Both the position numbers and the translations under genes were made by a program. The notes under the pieces were generated by a model. It was not told the DNA's origin, did not search any database, and worked only from the letters and a program-made list of their open reading frames with translations. This document shows positions 9,991-20,142 of a DNA stretch of 64,000 bases, piece after piece. Numbering within the stretch: the stretch's first letter is position 1; every line of letters starts with the position of its first letter. The stretch comes from Rhodanobacter sp. (GTDB lineage: Bacteria; Pseudomonadota; Gammaproteobacteria; Xanthomonadales; Rhodanobacteraceae), in the NCBI GenBank assembly GCA_036561785.1, contig DATCUT010000104.1:14282-78281 (forward strand), read 5' to 3'.

Positions 9991-10989
9991 ATGCAGACGG
10001 CAACTTCCCATGACGCACCTCACGGTGTACGTCAAGTCGAGATCGGCCCCGAGCGGGACGGCCAACGCATCGACAACGCGCTGGTAACCCTGCTCAAGGG
10101 TGTGCCCAAGAGCATGATTTACCGGCTTTTGCGTACCGGCCAGGTGCGCGTGAACGGCAAGCGGGCCAAGCCGGATACCCGTCTCGCTGATGGTGATACG
10201 CTGCGGATTCCCCCCGTGCGGGTGGCGGAACGGCCGGAGGAGCGTGCGCCGGCCAGCGGCCTGGTGGCATCAGTGGCCGAGTCGATCATTTTCGAGGACA
10301 AGCATTTCCTGGTCATCGACAAACCCGCCGGCGTGGCCAGCCACGGCGGCAGCGGGGTCAGTCATGGCGCGATCGAGCTGCTGCGTGCGGCGCGGCCACA
10401 GGAACACCTGGAGCTGGTGCACCGGCTCGACCGCGATACCAGCGGCGTGCTGGTATTTGCCCGCACCCGGGCCGGGCTGACCGGCCTGCAGGCGGCGATC
10501 CGTGCCGGTGAAGTCACCAAACAGTATCTGTGCCTGATGCTCGGTCACCCGTCCAAGGCGAAGTTCGACGTCAATGCGCCGTTGTTGAAATCGGTCATGC
10601 AGGGCGGTGAGCGGATGGTGCGTGTGGCCGACAACGGCAAGCCATCACTGACGTTTTTCCGGGAAATGGAACAGTACCCCAGCGCCCGCCTGATGCAGGC
10701 CACGCTGGGCACCGGCCGCACCCACCAGATCCGCGTGCACGCGGCACATATCGGCCATCCGCTGGCCGGTGATCCGAAATACGGCGATCGCGAGATGAAC
10801 AAGCGCTTCCGCGAGATGGGTTTGAACCGGATGTTCCTGCACGCCGCGCATATGAGCTTCGATCTGGACGGGCGCTCCTACAGCTTTTCCGCGCCTCTGC
10901 CGGACGATCTGAAGGATTTCCTCGACGTGCTGTCGGTGAAAGGCAAGCGGCTGCTGTGGATGAAGGAAAAATCGCGTACCGACTTCTGA
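9991..10989 (+). CDS. rluC: 23S rRNA pseudouridine synthase C
   Basis: S4 domain, HRLDRDTSG, TGRTHQIRVH; divergent from rne. Confidence 0.92.
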   Translation: MQTATSHDAPHGVRQVEIGPERDGQRIDNALVTLLKGVPKSMIYRLLRTGQVRVNGKRAKPDTRLADGDTLRIPPVRVAERPEERAPASGLVASVAESIIFEDKHFLVIDKPAGVASHGGSGVSHGAIELLRAARPQEHLELVHRLDRDTSGVLVFARTRAGLTGLQAAIRAGEVTKQYLCLMLGHPSKAKFDVNAPLLKSVMQGGERMVRVADNGKPSLTFFREMEQYPSARLMQATLGTGRTHQIRVHAAHIGHPLAGDPKYGDREMNKRFREMGLNRMFLHAAHMSFDLDGRSYSFSAPLPDDLKDFLDVLSVKGKRLLWMKEKSRTDF

Positions 10990-11334
10990 TCAGCGCGCCA
11001 GCAAGGCCTCGACCCGCGCGGCGCAGATGAAGTCGTTCAGCGACAGTCCGCCAACGTCATGGGTCGACCACAACACCTGGCAATGGCCGTAGCCGGCTTC
11101 GAGATCCGGGTGGTGGTCTTCCTGATTGGCCATGAAGCCCACCGCGTTGATGAAGCCCAGCGTGTGATGGAAGTCGGCAAACCTGAAGTCCTTGACGATG
11201 GCTGCACCGTCACCGCGCAACTGCCAGCCCGACGGCAGTTGTTGCAACAGCTCGGCCACCTGGGCGCCGCCCAGCGCATGTTCCTTGCCTTTGCGCGGCT
11301 GGCAGTGCCGGGTGGCCAGATCGTTCACGTTCAT
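10990..11334 (-). CDS. phhB: Pterin-4-alpha-carbinolamine dehydratase
   Basis: EDHHPDL, WSTHDVGGLSLNDFICAA motifs. Confidence 0.9.
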   Translation of the reverse strand: MNVNDLATRHCQPRKGKEHALGGAQVAELLQQLPSGWQLRGDGAAIVKDFRFADFHHTLGFINAVGFMANQEDHHPDLEAGYGHCQVLWSTHDVGGLSLNDFICAARVEALLAR

Positions 11335-11489
11335 GGGATCTCCGTCGGGGCTGAAAGTCTTGAGGATGCGAAGCGTCGAAGTTGTGCACGCAAAAGTCAA
11401 AGCGCACATGAAACTCGAAACAGGACTAAAATGGTGCTGTTTCGCCGGTGAGGCTTAACCGGCGCCCGTTTGGTGATACTGGAGCAGGC

Positions 11490-12098
11490 ATGATCGACAT
11501 TTCCGAACGCGCGCAGCAGCATTTTCTGCGGCTTCTCTCACAGCAAGGCATTGACGGGTTGGGTATCCGCCTGCGGGTGACTTCGCCGGGCACGCCGGCA
11601 GCCAACTGCGAGCTGGAATTCTGCGAACCCGCGGACCTGGCCGGCGGCGAGTGGACGATCGAGTGCGCCGGCTTCGACTTCCATGTCGACGGCGACAGTG
11701 CCAGCTGGCTGGACCACGCCAGCATCGATTTCGAGCCGAATGCCACCGGTGGCCAGCTCAACATCCGCGCGCCGAAGATCAAGGGTAACGTACCGGGTGC
11801 AGAAGCAGGTTTGATCGAGCGTGTGCGCTACGTGCTGGAAGCGGAGATCAACCCGAAGCTGGCCTCGCACGGCGGCCGGGTCAGTCTGCTGGAGATCGAC
11901 GCTGATGGTGCGGTGCTGCTGCAGTTCGGCGGCGGCTGCCATGGCTGCGGCATGGTCGACGTGACGCTGAAACAGGGCGTGGAAAAGACCTTGCGCGAGC
12001 GGGTGCCGGAAATCACCGCGGTACGCGACGCCACCAACCACGCCGTCGGCGAAAAGCCTTACTACAGCAAGGCCGAAGGCAAGTCGGCGATTGCCTGA
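11490..12098 (+). CDS. nfuA: Fe-S biogenesis protein NfuA
   Basis: Degenerate A-type N-domain plus NifU C-domain GGGCHGCG. Confidence 0.93.
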   Translation: MIDISERAQQHFLRLLSQQGIDGLGIRLRVTSPGTPAANCELEFCEPADLAGGEWTIECAGFDFHVDGDSASWLDHASIDFEPNATGGQLNIRAPKIKGNVPGAEAGLIERVRYVLEAEINPKLASHGGRVSLLEIDADGAVLLQFGGGCHGCGMVDVTLKQGVEKTLRERVPEITAVRDATNHAVGEKPYYSKAEGKSAIA

Positions 12099-12116
12099 AC
12101 CAGGTCCGGATCGCGC

Positions 12117-12151
12117 AAAAACAAAGGCCCGCCGAAGCGGGCCTTTGTTTT
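12117..12151. terminator. Bidirectional intrinsic terminator
   Basis: AAAAACAAAGGCCCGC-CGAA-GCGGGCCTTTGTTTT. Confidence 0.9.
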
Positions 12152-12171
12152 CCTGCAGCGTGGCAGCAGGT

Positions 12172-12525
12172 TTACTTGTCGCCGCTGATGTGGCCCTTCA
12201 GCGTATCCAGCTTGCTCGGCAGGCTGGAGAAATACGTGGCGACGTCCTCGATGTCCTGGTCGGACAGCGTGGCTACCATGCCTTTCATGATCGGATTATT
12301 GCGCTGACCATCCTTGTACTCGTGCAGCACGCGCTGCAGATACAGGTTGTACTGGCCGGCGAGGCGCGGGTACTGCGGGTCGATCGAATTGCCGTCGACA
12401 CCGTGGCAGGCGAAGCAGGTGGCCGCCTTCTGCTTGCCGTTCTCGGCGTTGCCGGAGGCAAGCAGCTGGGTGGAAGCGAACGCCAGGATGGCGCCGAATG
12501 AAAGCAGGGTAATCGCACGTTTCAT
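12172..12525 (-). CDS. c-type cytochrome (c553/c4-like, monoheme)
   Basis: Signal peptide, CFACH, PRLAGQ, distal Met. Confidence 0.92.
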   Translation of the reverse strand: MKRAITLLSFGAILAFASTQLLASGNAENGKQKAATCFACHGVDGNSIDPQYPRLAGQYNLYLQRVLHEYKDGQRNNPIMKGMVATLSDQDIEDVATYFSSLPSKLDTLKGHISGDK

Positions 12526-12544
12526 GCGGGAAGTCCTTGGCAAC

Positions 12545-12868
12545 TTACTTGGCGAGACTGGAAAGATAGGCGGCAATGTTCTGGATGTCCGTCGCGGACA
12601 GGCTTTGTGCCTGCGCATCCATGGTCGGGTGCTTGCGGTCGCCGCTCTGGTAACCCTGCAGCGCATTGACGATGTACTGCTCGTTCTGGCCGGCGATCTT
12701 CGGCACCGGGTACTGCGGGTAGGCGTTGGTGTAGCCAGGTATCCCATGGCAACCGGCGCACGTATAAATGAGTTTGCGTCCGGCAGCCTTGTCGCCTTCA
12801 GCATGAACGCTGGTGGCGGCGAAGAGGACTGTGGCCACGGCCAGGCCAAGCAATTGCAATCGAGTCAT
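12545..12868 (-). CDS. c-type cytochrome (c553/c4-like, monoheme)
   Basis: Signal peptide, CAGCH, PKIAGQ, HPTM; start could be 12877 or 12883. Confidence 0.92.
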   Translation of the reverse strand: MTRLQLLGLAVATVLFAATSVHAEGDKAAGRKLIYTCAGCHGIPGYTNAYPQYPVPKIAGQNEQYIVNALQGYQSGDRKHPTMDAQAQSLSATDIQNIAAYLSSLAK

Positions 12869-13069
12869 CGAGATCATTCCCACGAGTGCGACGGGTACAG
12901 GGTCATGTAAGCCACCAAGTATAGACGTTGCTTTAACGCGTGAACAACACTCCGCTCAGGAGTGGTCAATGTTTGCGCAGCACATCAGGTACTCGTGCCG
13001 GCTGCATCGGCCGACATTGCTGTTGTGGCCATCGCCCCCATATACTGGCGTGGTCATACCGTTTTCCCC

Positions 13070-13424
<355 letters not shown>

Positions 13425-13428
13425 ACGC

Positions 13429-13457
13429 AAAACCCCCGAGCGATCGGGGGTTTTTTT
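13429..13457. terminator. Bidirectional terminator between ssrA and smpB
   Basis: AAAACCCCCGA-GCGA-TCGGGGGTTTTTTT. Confidence 0.9.
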
Positions 13458-13477
13458 GTGGTTTTGCTGCGGTGGAT

Positions 13478-13975
13478 TCAGGCGGCGCGATTGTGCGAAC
13501 GCATGGTGCGCTGCTTCTCGATCTGCCAGTCACGCTGTTTTTCGGTGTCGCGCTTGTCGTGTTCCTGCTTGCCGCGGGCTAGGCCGATCTCGACTTTCAC
13601 CTTGTTGCCTTTCCAGTACATCGCGGTGGGCACCAGGGTGTAGCCCTTGCGCTCGACGGCGCCGACCAGCTGATCGATCTCCTTGCGATGCAGCAGCAGC
13701 TTGCGGGTGCGCCGGTCCTCGGCGATGACGTGGGTGGAGGCGCTGATCAGCGGCGGGATCGATGCGCCGACCAGGAATATCTCGTTCTTCAGGACGACCG
13801 CGTAACTGTCGCCGAAGTTGATCCGGCCCGCACGCAATGCTTTCAGCTCCCAGCCCTGCAGCGCGACGCCGGCCTCGAAGCGCTGGTCGATGTGGTATTC
13901 GAAGCGCGCACGCTTGTTGAGCGCGATGGTGCCGCCGCCCTTGTTGTTGTTGTCCTTGTCCTTTGCCTTGGCCAT
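13478..13975 (-). CDS. smpB: SsrA-binding protein
   Basis: [36 protein letters not shown]. Confidence 0.98.
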   Translation of the reverse strand: MAKAKDKDNNNKGGGTIALNKRARFEYHIDQRFEAGVALQGWELKALRAGRINFGDSYAVVLKNEIFLVGASIPPLISASTHVIAEDRRTRKLLLHRKEIDQLVGAVERKGYTLVPTAMYWKGNKVKVEIGLARGKQEHDKRDTEKQRDWQIEKQRTMRSHNRAA

Positions 13976-14058
13976 GTCCGTTAAACTCGGGCCTTGTTGC
14001 CCTGATGCCGATCCGGCCGCATATCGGGCCAGACCAAGCGTGATGTGAAGAGGTTGCC

Positions 14059-14490
14059 GTGATCGAAATTCGTCGCAGCGCGTTGGTGAAGTATTCGCCA
14101 GCGCAGATGTTCGACCTGGTCAATGAAGTTGAAGCATACCCAAAGCGCTTCTCCTGGTGTGCCGCGGCCGAGGTCATCGAGCGCAAGGAGGATGTGCTGG
14201 TGGCGCGGCTGGATCTCAAGTTTGCCGGGTTCCACCAGAGCTTCACCACGCGCAACACGATCGATCCGCCGCGGCGCCTGCGGATGGATCTGGTCGACGG
14301 CCCGTTCCGCAGCCTTGAAGGCGTATGGGACTTCATCGCCCTCGGCGATGCCGGCTGCAAGGTCGCGTTTGCGCTGGACTTCGACTACGCCGGCCGACTT
14401 GGTGGCAGCGCGCTGAAGCTGGGTTTCCAGGGGCTGGCCGGACGCATGGTGGGTGACTTCTGCCGCGAAGCCGAGCGTGTCTATGGCTGA
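14059..14490 (+). CDS. ratA: RatA/PasT (Coq10-like START-domain protein)
   Basis: [27 protein letters not shown]; conserved smpB-ratA-ratB-bamE synteny. Confidence 0.92.
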   Translation: MIEIRRSALVKYSPAQMFDLVNEVEAYPKRFSWCAAAEVIERKEDVLVARLDLKFAGFHQSFTTRNTIDPPRRLRMDLVDGPFRSLEGVWDFIALGDAGCKVAFALDFDYAGRLGGSALKLGFQGLAGRMVGDFCREAERVYG

Positions 14491-14761
14491 GCGCACGATT
14501 TGCGTCGAGGTGGTTTACGCAGGGACGGAGCAACCGATCCAGCGCCGGGTCGAGCTGATCGAGGGCAGCACGGTGATGCAGGCGATCGATGCCTCGGGGA
14601 TTGTCGTCATGCTTCCGGACGGTGCGATCGATCCGGCTCGCCTTGGCATCTTCTCGCGAAAAGTGGCGCCGGACCGGCTCGTACGGGGAGGCGACCGGAT
14701 CGAGATCTACCGGTCACTGCTGCTTGATCCGATGGAGGCCCGCCGCCGGCGCGCCCGCTGA
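14483..14761 (+). CDS. ratB: RatB/RnfH family protein
   Basis: VEVVYA, GDRIEIYRSLLLDPMEARRRRA. Confidence 0.92.
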   Translation: MAERTICVEVVYAGTEQPIQRRVELIEGSTVMQAIDASGIVVMLPDGAIDPARLGIFSRKVAPDRLVRGGDRIEIYRSLLLDPMEARRRRAR

Positions 14762-14791
14762 AAGCCGACCGGGCTGGATGAACCGCCCCGA

Positions 14792-15262
14792 TCAATGGCC
14801 GTCGTTGCTGCCCTGGTTGCCGCCCTGGCCGAAACCGCCGTCATTCTTCTTGTCGTCCGGCGACGTGCTCTTGTCGCCCTGGGTCTCATTGACCGGATAG
14901 CCGGCGTTGTACTTCTTGCTGTCCTTGACCAGCTGCTGGGCATCCTGCGCAAAGAAATCGCCCTCGGTGCGCACCAGCGTGTCGTTGTTGAAGGTCAGGG
15001 TGAACGTGCGCACTTTCATGGTGCCACCACGGTGCGACAGTGTCGATACGTAGTCCCAACGACTCTGGTCGAACGGCGTGCTTACCGAGGGCGTCCCCAT
15101 CAGTACCAATACCTGATGCTTGGTCAGGCCGGGCTTGAGCTGATCCACCGTTTTCTTGTCGAGCAGGTTGCCTTGCTGCACGTCGGGTTTGTAGACGATA
15201 TGGCAGCCGGCAATGGAAAGCGCCAGCACGGCGAAAACCAGCAGGGTGATCAGCTTTTGCAT
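14792..15262 (-). CDS. bamE: Outer membrane protein assembly factor BamE
   Basis: Lipobox IAGC, QQGN, GTP...WDY; divergent from fur. Confidence 0.95.
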   Translation of the reverse strand: MQKLITLLVFAVLALSIAGCHIVYKPDVQQGNLLDKKTVDQLKPGLTKHQVLVLMGTPSVSTPFDQSRWDYVSTLSHRGGTMKVRTFTLTFNNDTLVRTEGDFFAQDAQQLVKDSKKYNAGYPVNETQGDKSTSPDDKKNDGGFGQGGNQGSNDGH

Positions 15263-15337
15263 GCGTGTTGCGTCCGGATCATGAAGGTGTCGGATGATAC
15301 ACTACCGGCTCGGAAACGCCGTGTGCGGAGGTGGGGC

Positions 15338-15763
15338 ATGGAACAGGAAACCAAAGAGCTGCGCCGGGTTGGCCTCAAGGTGACCCACCCACGCATGCGC
15401 ATCCTGCAAATCTTCGACGAGGAGGGCGTACAGCATCTCACCGCCGAAGACGTCTACAAAAAATTGCTTGCCCACCAGGAAGACATCGGCCTGGCCACGG
15501 TGTACCGCGTGCTGACCCAGTTCGAGGCGGCAGGCATTATCGTCAAGCACAATTTCGAAGGTGGCCAGGCTGTCTACGAACTCGACCGCGGCAAACATCA
15601 CGACCACATGATCGATGTGGACAGCGGGAAAGTGATTGAGTTCGTCAGCGAGGAGATCGAACGCCTGCAGCATGAGATAGCGGCGAAGCACGGGTATGTG
15701 ATCGAGGATCACAGTCTGGTGCTGTACGTGCGGCCGAAGCAGCGCGCTCCCCGCAAAGAGTGA
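15338..15763 (+). CDS. fur: Ferric uptake regulator
   Basis: GLKVTHPR, GLATVYRVL, HHDHM. Confidence 0.97.
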   Translation: MEQETKELRRVGLKVTHPRMRILQIFDEEGVQHLTAEDVYKKLLAHQEDIGLATVYRVLTQFEAAGIIVKHNFEGGQAVYELDRGKHHDHMIDVDSGKVIEFVSEEIERLQHEIAAKHGYVIEDHSLVLYVRPKQRAPRKE

Positions 15764-15817
15764 AGAGTCGCGACTGTCGAGTGCCGCCAGGAATACCTGG
15801 CGGTGAAAAGCGGGCAT

Positions 15818-16011
15818 AAAAAAGCCGCGAGGAGGACTCCTGTCCGCCCGCGGCTGCTCCCCTACCTGTCGGTTGGCAACGCGAATGGCTCGCTATTGCC
15901 TTTGACTCTCGCCAGGTAGCGGCGAAACGGCGTCCTGCCGTTGTTTCAGAGCCCCCGTCCCCACGGTGACTCTGATCCACCATCTTGCGATGGTGGCTCC
16001 CCCACATCGAT
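15818..16011 (-). ncRNA. Candidate ~195-nt structured sRNA with GGA/GGGGAG motifs (Csr/Rsm-like)
   Basis: Five consecutive hairpins, CAGGA loops, terminator with U6, TAGGAT -10 at 16018-16023 (minus strand). Confidence 0.6.
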
Positions 16012-16046
16012 GGACAGATCCTAACGAGGGCTTCACGTTTCCGGTA

Positions 16047-16061
16047 TCGGAAAAATTCCTA
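16047..16061. promoter_or_regulatory. Imperfect palindrome TAGGAA-N3-TTCCGA, candidate response-regulator site upstream of the sRNA promoter
   Basis: TCGGAAAAATTCCTA on plus strand, about -36 to -50 from the predicted +1. Confidence 0.35.
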
Positions 16062-17657
16062 GTTTTGCCGGTTGCTCTCGGAAGGAGAGTTGTTGCCGCG
16101 CAGCAAAATTCGCAGGTGGACACCGGCCGGGGCGGGGCGCAGGCGGAACTGCCCACCGAGCGAGGTGACCCGGTCGCGCATGCCTTGAAGGCCGCGACCG
16201 CCGCGGGGCAGTCGGCTGGGCAGGCCAGCGCCGTCGTCGCGCAGGTCGAGCAGGGCCACCGCTATGCCTTGGCGCTCACCGATACGCAGGCGCAACCTGA
16301 ACTCACTGGCCTTGGCGTGTTTGACGGCATTGGTCGCGCTTTCCTGCACCAGCCGGTAGATCGCGGTGCGGGTGTCGTCGTCCAGCAGGCGCGGGTCGCC
16401 GTGCAGTTCGGTGTGGTAGGTCATCCCGGCAGTATTGAGCAGATCGCGGATGGGGCCTTCATCGAGAGCACGCAGCAATCCGAACTCATCCAGCACGGCG
16501 GGGCGCAGGTCGTCCAGCAGGCGGTGCAGGGCGCGCCGCATATGCGCCAGGATGGTATTGATCGAGGTGCTGATGTCCTCCATGCCGGCCTGGTGCAGGC
16601 GCGTCTGGGCCAGCTTCACGTGAGTCTGGATCGCAGTGATGTTCTGGCCCAGTTCGTCGTGCAATTCGGCGGCCAGGTGGCGGCGCTGGTTCTCGTCCGC
16701 CTGCAGGTTGCCGCGGGCGGCGTCGCGCAGTTGATGGGCCAGTTGGTCCAGCCGGCGGTTGACCGCGCCCAGGTAGACGTTCTGCTCGGCCACCCGTTCG
16801 CTGCTTCGACGCAACGCATCGGTGGCCGACCCCAGCATCAGCGCGCCGGTTCCGGCCACCGCCAGAAACAGGTAGGCCGCGGCGTTCGATGGAGCATGGC
16901 CCAGGTGCTGGTCGACCAGGGTCATGCCGAGGCTGGTGATCAGCATGGCCAGGCTGGCGCCGCGCCAGCCGTGGCGAAAGGCGAAGAACAGCACCGGTGC
17001 CAGCGACAGCACGCGGGCGAATTGCGGCTGGGGCGCGGCCTGCTCGGACAGCACCAGCAGGATCGTCATGGAAGGCAGCATCACCAGCAGCCCATCCATG
17101 AACAGGCTGGCCAGGGCGCGTTGTTCGATCCGGGTGCGCAACAGCATGATCATCAACGGCACGATCAGCAGGATGCCCAGGTAATGGCTGAGCAGTTCCT
17201 CGCCGAGTACGCGGATCATCAGTTCGGGCGAACTCGGCGTGCTGACCAGCGCCAGCAGCGCTGCATCGACGGCGGTGGTTGCGGTCACCACCAGTACCAC
17301 CGAAAGCAGCAGGCGGGTCACCTCCTGCGGACTGTGCAGGCTGGCGTGCAGGTTGAACCGCCGCAACAGCCACAGGCCGGCGGCCATCACCAACGGCTCG
17401 GGCAATTCGTCGACAGCGAAACCGAACCAACCCAGCGGCAGGCCATGGGCCACGCTGATGCCGGCGGTGGCGACCAGTTCGCCCCCCAGCAGCCAGCCCC
17501 AGTAGCGCACCGGGGTGAGCAACAGGGCGCCAAAGCGCAGACCATACGGCAGCATCCAGTACGGCTGCACGGTCAGCCACAACAGCAGCCACAACAGCAG
17601 GTAGCCTGCAGCGAGCAAAGGGCCGGAGTCGGGCAGGCGTAGGGGTTTCAGGCGCAT
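16059..17657 (-). CDS. MASE1-domain sensor histidine kinase (UhpB-like, HisKA_3)
   Basis: Many TM helices, AELHDELGQ H-box, ESATNAVKHA, DDGAG, GRGLQGMRDR. Confidence 0.92.
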   Translation of the reverse strand: MRLKPLRLPDSGPLLAAGYLLLWLLLWLTVQPYWMLPYGLRFGALLLTPVRYWGWLLGGELVATAGISVAHGLPLGWFGFAVDELPEPLVMAAGLWLLRRFNLHASLHSPQEVTRLLLSVVLVVTATTAVDAALLALVSTPSSPELMIRVLGEELLSHYLGILLIVPLMIMLLRTRIEQRALASLFMDGLLVMLPSMTILLVLSEQAAPQPQFARVLSLAPVLFFAFRHGWRGASLAMLITSLGMTLVDQHLGHAPSNAAAYLFLAVAGTGALMLGSATDALRRSSERVAEQNVYLGAVNRRLDQLAHQLRDAARGNLQADENQRRHLAAELHDELGQNITAIQTHVKLAQTRLHQAGMEDISTSINTILAHMRRALHRLLDDLRPAVLDEFGLLRALDEGPIRDLLNTAGMTYHTELHGDPRLLDDDTRTAIYRLVQESATNAVKHAKASEFRLRLRIGERQGIAVALLDLRDDGAGLPSRLPRGGRGLQGMRDRVTSLGGQFRLRPAPAGVHLRILLRGNNSPSESNRQN

Positions 17658-17753
17658 GCGCGGATGTTACATGCGCGCCGTGCCACGGTGGTTGGCCACG
17701 CCGTTGGCAAGCCGGATGTGCATAACAGTGAAATCTCTGTGTAAAGTAGCGGG

Positions 17754-18389
17754 ATGTACAGCATTGTTCTGGTCGATGACCATGCCATCGTTCGCGAGGG
17801 CTTCAAGCGGCTGATCGAGATGGAGTCGGATCTCGACGTGGTGGCCGAGTGCCGCAGCGCCGACGATGCGGTCGAGGCGGTCAGTCACTGGCGTCCCGAC
17901 CTGGTCGCGCTGGATCTGTCCCTGCCTGACGGCAGCGGGCTGCCGCTGATCGAACACCTGCTCAGCGTCCACTCGCAAACCCACATCGTGGTGTTGAGCA
18001 TGCACGATGGCGAGCCGTACGTGTCCGAGGCACTGCGCCGCGGCGCCAGCGGTTACGTCACCAAGGGCGTGGCGCCGGAAGAACTGGTCGCCGGCCTGCG
18101 CGCGGTGATGCAGGGCGAGTGCTTCCTCAGTTCGGATTTGCGCCAGCGCCGGGCCGACCAGCCGAATGCGGCACTGGATCCGATCAACCGGCTGACCACG
18201 CGCGAACGCGAGGTGTTCCTGCTGCTGGCCGGTGGCCGTGCCCCGAAGCAGGTGGCGGCGGAACTGGGGATCGGCCAGAAGACGGTCTACATCCACCGCG
18301 CCAGCCTGATGGGCAAGCTGGGTGCGGGTTCGGAACTGGACCTGTACCGGATGGCGACCGAGCGCGGGATGTTGTCGCCGGCCGGGTGA
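17754..18389 (+). CDS. LuxR/NarL-family response regulator (UhpA-like)
   Basis: LVDDHAIVREG, DLSLPD, LTTREREV..KTVYIHRASLMGKL HTH. Confidence 0.93.
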   Translation: MYSIVLVDDHAIVREGFKRLIEMESDLDVVAECRSADDAVEAVSHWRPDLVALDLSLPDGSGLPLIEHLLSVHSQTHIVVLSMHDGEPYVSEALRRGASGYVTKGVAPEELVAGLRAVMQGECFLSSDLRQRRADQPNAALDPINRLTTREREVFLLLAGGRAPKQVAAELGIGQKTVYIHRASLMGKLGAGSELDLYRMATERGMLSPAG

Positions 18390-18404
18390 CACGGCCTCGT
18401 CGCA

Positions 18405-20078
18405 TCAGGCGGTCTGCGCCCGCTCCAGCATCTGTTTCGCGTGAGCCCGCGTCTCGCGGGTGATCTCGACGCCACCCAGCATGCGCGCCAGCTCGTCGCG
18501 GCGGCCAGCGGCATCGAGCTTTTCGATCTGCGTACGGGTGGAGTCGCCGTCGCTGTGCTTGCTGACCCGCAAGTGCGCATGGCCCTGGGCGGCCACCTGC
18601 GGCAGGTGGGTGACGCACAGCACCTGGCGCTGGGTGCCCAGCGCGCGCAGTTTCTGTCCGACCACTTCGGCGACCGCGCCGCCGATGCCGGTGTCGACCT
18701 CGTCGAAGATCATGCTGCCGACGGTGTCCTTGCCCAGGGTGGCGACTTCGATCGCCAGGCTGATGCGGGCCAGTTCGCCGCCGGAGGCTACCTTGCGCAG
18801 CGGGCGCGGCGGCTGGCCGGGGTTGGCGCTTACCAGCAACTCGCAGCGTTCCAACCCTTGCGGATCCGGTTCGCCGCCGGCAGCCGGTTCCAGTTCGGCG
18901 CGCAACAAGCCACCGGCCATGCCCAGTTCGGCCATCAACACGCTGACCTCGTCGCCGAGCCTGGCGGCGGCTGTCGTGCGCGCCTCGCTGAGCCTGGCTG
19001 CCGCGCTGGCGTAATCGTCTTGCAGCCGCTGGCGTTGCGCCGCCAGCTGTTCCAGCGCGTCACCGGCACCTTCGAGCTCGGCCAGCTCGGCATGCAGGGC
19101 AGCCAACCGGTCGTGCAGTTCGGCCACCGGCAGCCGATGCCGGCGCGACAGCTCGTGCAGGCGGGCCAGGTGATTGTCGACCTCGGTGTAGCGTTCCGGA
19201 TCGAGATCGACATCCTGCGCGTAGCGCGCCAGGCCGTCAGCGGCTTCACCGAGTTCGATGCCGGCGTTGTCCAGCAATTCCAGCAGCGGGGTCAGCTTGC
19301 CGTCGAGCGCGGCAAGCTTGCCGAGTTCGGCGTGCGCCCGGCCGAGTGCGCGGCGCAACGCGAATTCGCTGTCGCCATCGAGCAGTTCGACCACGCCTGC
19401 GGTGCCTTCGGCCAAGCGGCCGGCGTTGGCGAGGCGCTTGTGGTTCGCCTCGAGTTCTTCCAGTTCGGCGGACGGCAGCGCCCATTTTTCCAGTTCGCCG
19501 ATTTCGTGGCGCAGCAGCTCGATGCGCTGGTCGCGGTCATCGCCACCACTGAGTTTGCGCATGCGCACACCCAGTTCGCGCCATTGCACGGCGCCGTCGC
19601 GCACCTGCGCCAACAGGCCGTCATGACCGGCGTAGGCATCCAGCAAGGCCAGTTGGTGCGCGCGTGACAGCAAAGCCTGATGCTCGTGCTGGCCGTGGAT
19701 CTCGACCAGCAACGCGGCCAGTTCGCCAAGCTGGCGGGCGTTCGCGGGGCGGCCATTGATCCACGCCTTGGAACTGCCTTCGGTGCGGATCACCCGACGC
19801 AGCTGGCAGCCGCCGTCCTCGTCCAGTTCCTCGCGTTGCAGCCAGTCGCGGGCCTCGGGCAGATCGGCCAGGTCAAACTCGGCAGCCAGTTCGGCGCGAT
19901 CGCTGCCGGCGCGCACCATGCCGCTGTCGGCGCGGGCGCCGGCCAGCAGCATCAGCGCGTCGACCAGCAACGACTTGCCGGCGCCGGTTTCGCCGCTGAC
20001 CACGGTCAGGCCCGGGCCGAACGCGACCTCGGCGGCTTCGACGACGGCGAAATGACGGACGTAGAGCGAAGTGAGCAT
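18405..20078 (-). CDS. recN: DNA repair protein RecN
   Basis: GETGAGKS Walker A, ASGGELAR, FDEVDTG, VTHLPQVAA. Confidence 0.97.
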   Translation of the reverse strand: MLTSLYVRHFAVVEAAEVAFGPGLTVVSGETGAGKSLLVDALMLLAGARADSGMVRAGSDRAELAAEFDLADLPEARDWLQREELDEDGGCQLRRVIRTEGSSKAWINGRPANARQLGELAALLVEIHGQHEHQALLSRAHQLALLDAYAGHDGLLAQVRDGAVQWRELGVRMRKLSGGDDRDQRIELLRHEIGELEKWALPSAELEELEANHKRLANAGRLAEGTAGVVELLDGDSEFALRRALGRAHAELGKLAALDGKLTPLLELLDNAGIELGEAADGLARYAQDVDLDPERYTEVDNHLARLHELSRRHRLPVAELHDRLAALHAELAELEGAGDALEQLAAQRQRLQDDYASAAARLSEARTTAAARLGDEVSVLMAELGMAGGLLRAELEPAAGGEPDPQGLERCELLVSANPGQPPRPLRKVASGGELARISLAIEVATLGKDTVGSMIFDEVDTGIGGAVAEVVGQKLRALGTQRQVLCVTHLPQVAAQGHAHLRVSKHSDGDSTRTQIEKLDAAGRRDELARMLGGVEITRETRAHAKQMLERAQTA

Positions 20079-20142
20079 GGGCAGGCTGATGATGAGGTGG
20101 TGGGATTGTAGCGGCAGCCGGATGGCTCCTGGACACGTTCCA

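Noticed and set aside
14059-14761. RatA/RatB as a novel toxin-antitoxin system
   Set aside because: Conserved core locus; RatA/PasT is a Coq10-like protein linked to respiration.
15645-16007. 120-aa minus-strand ORF spanning the candidate sRNA
   Set aside because: Runs through an intrinsic terminator and antisense into fur; no RBS; an RNA-structure explanation fits better.
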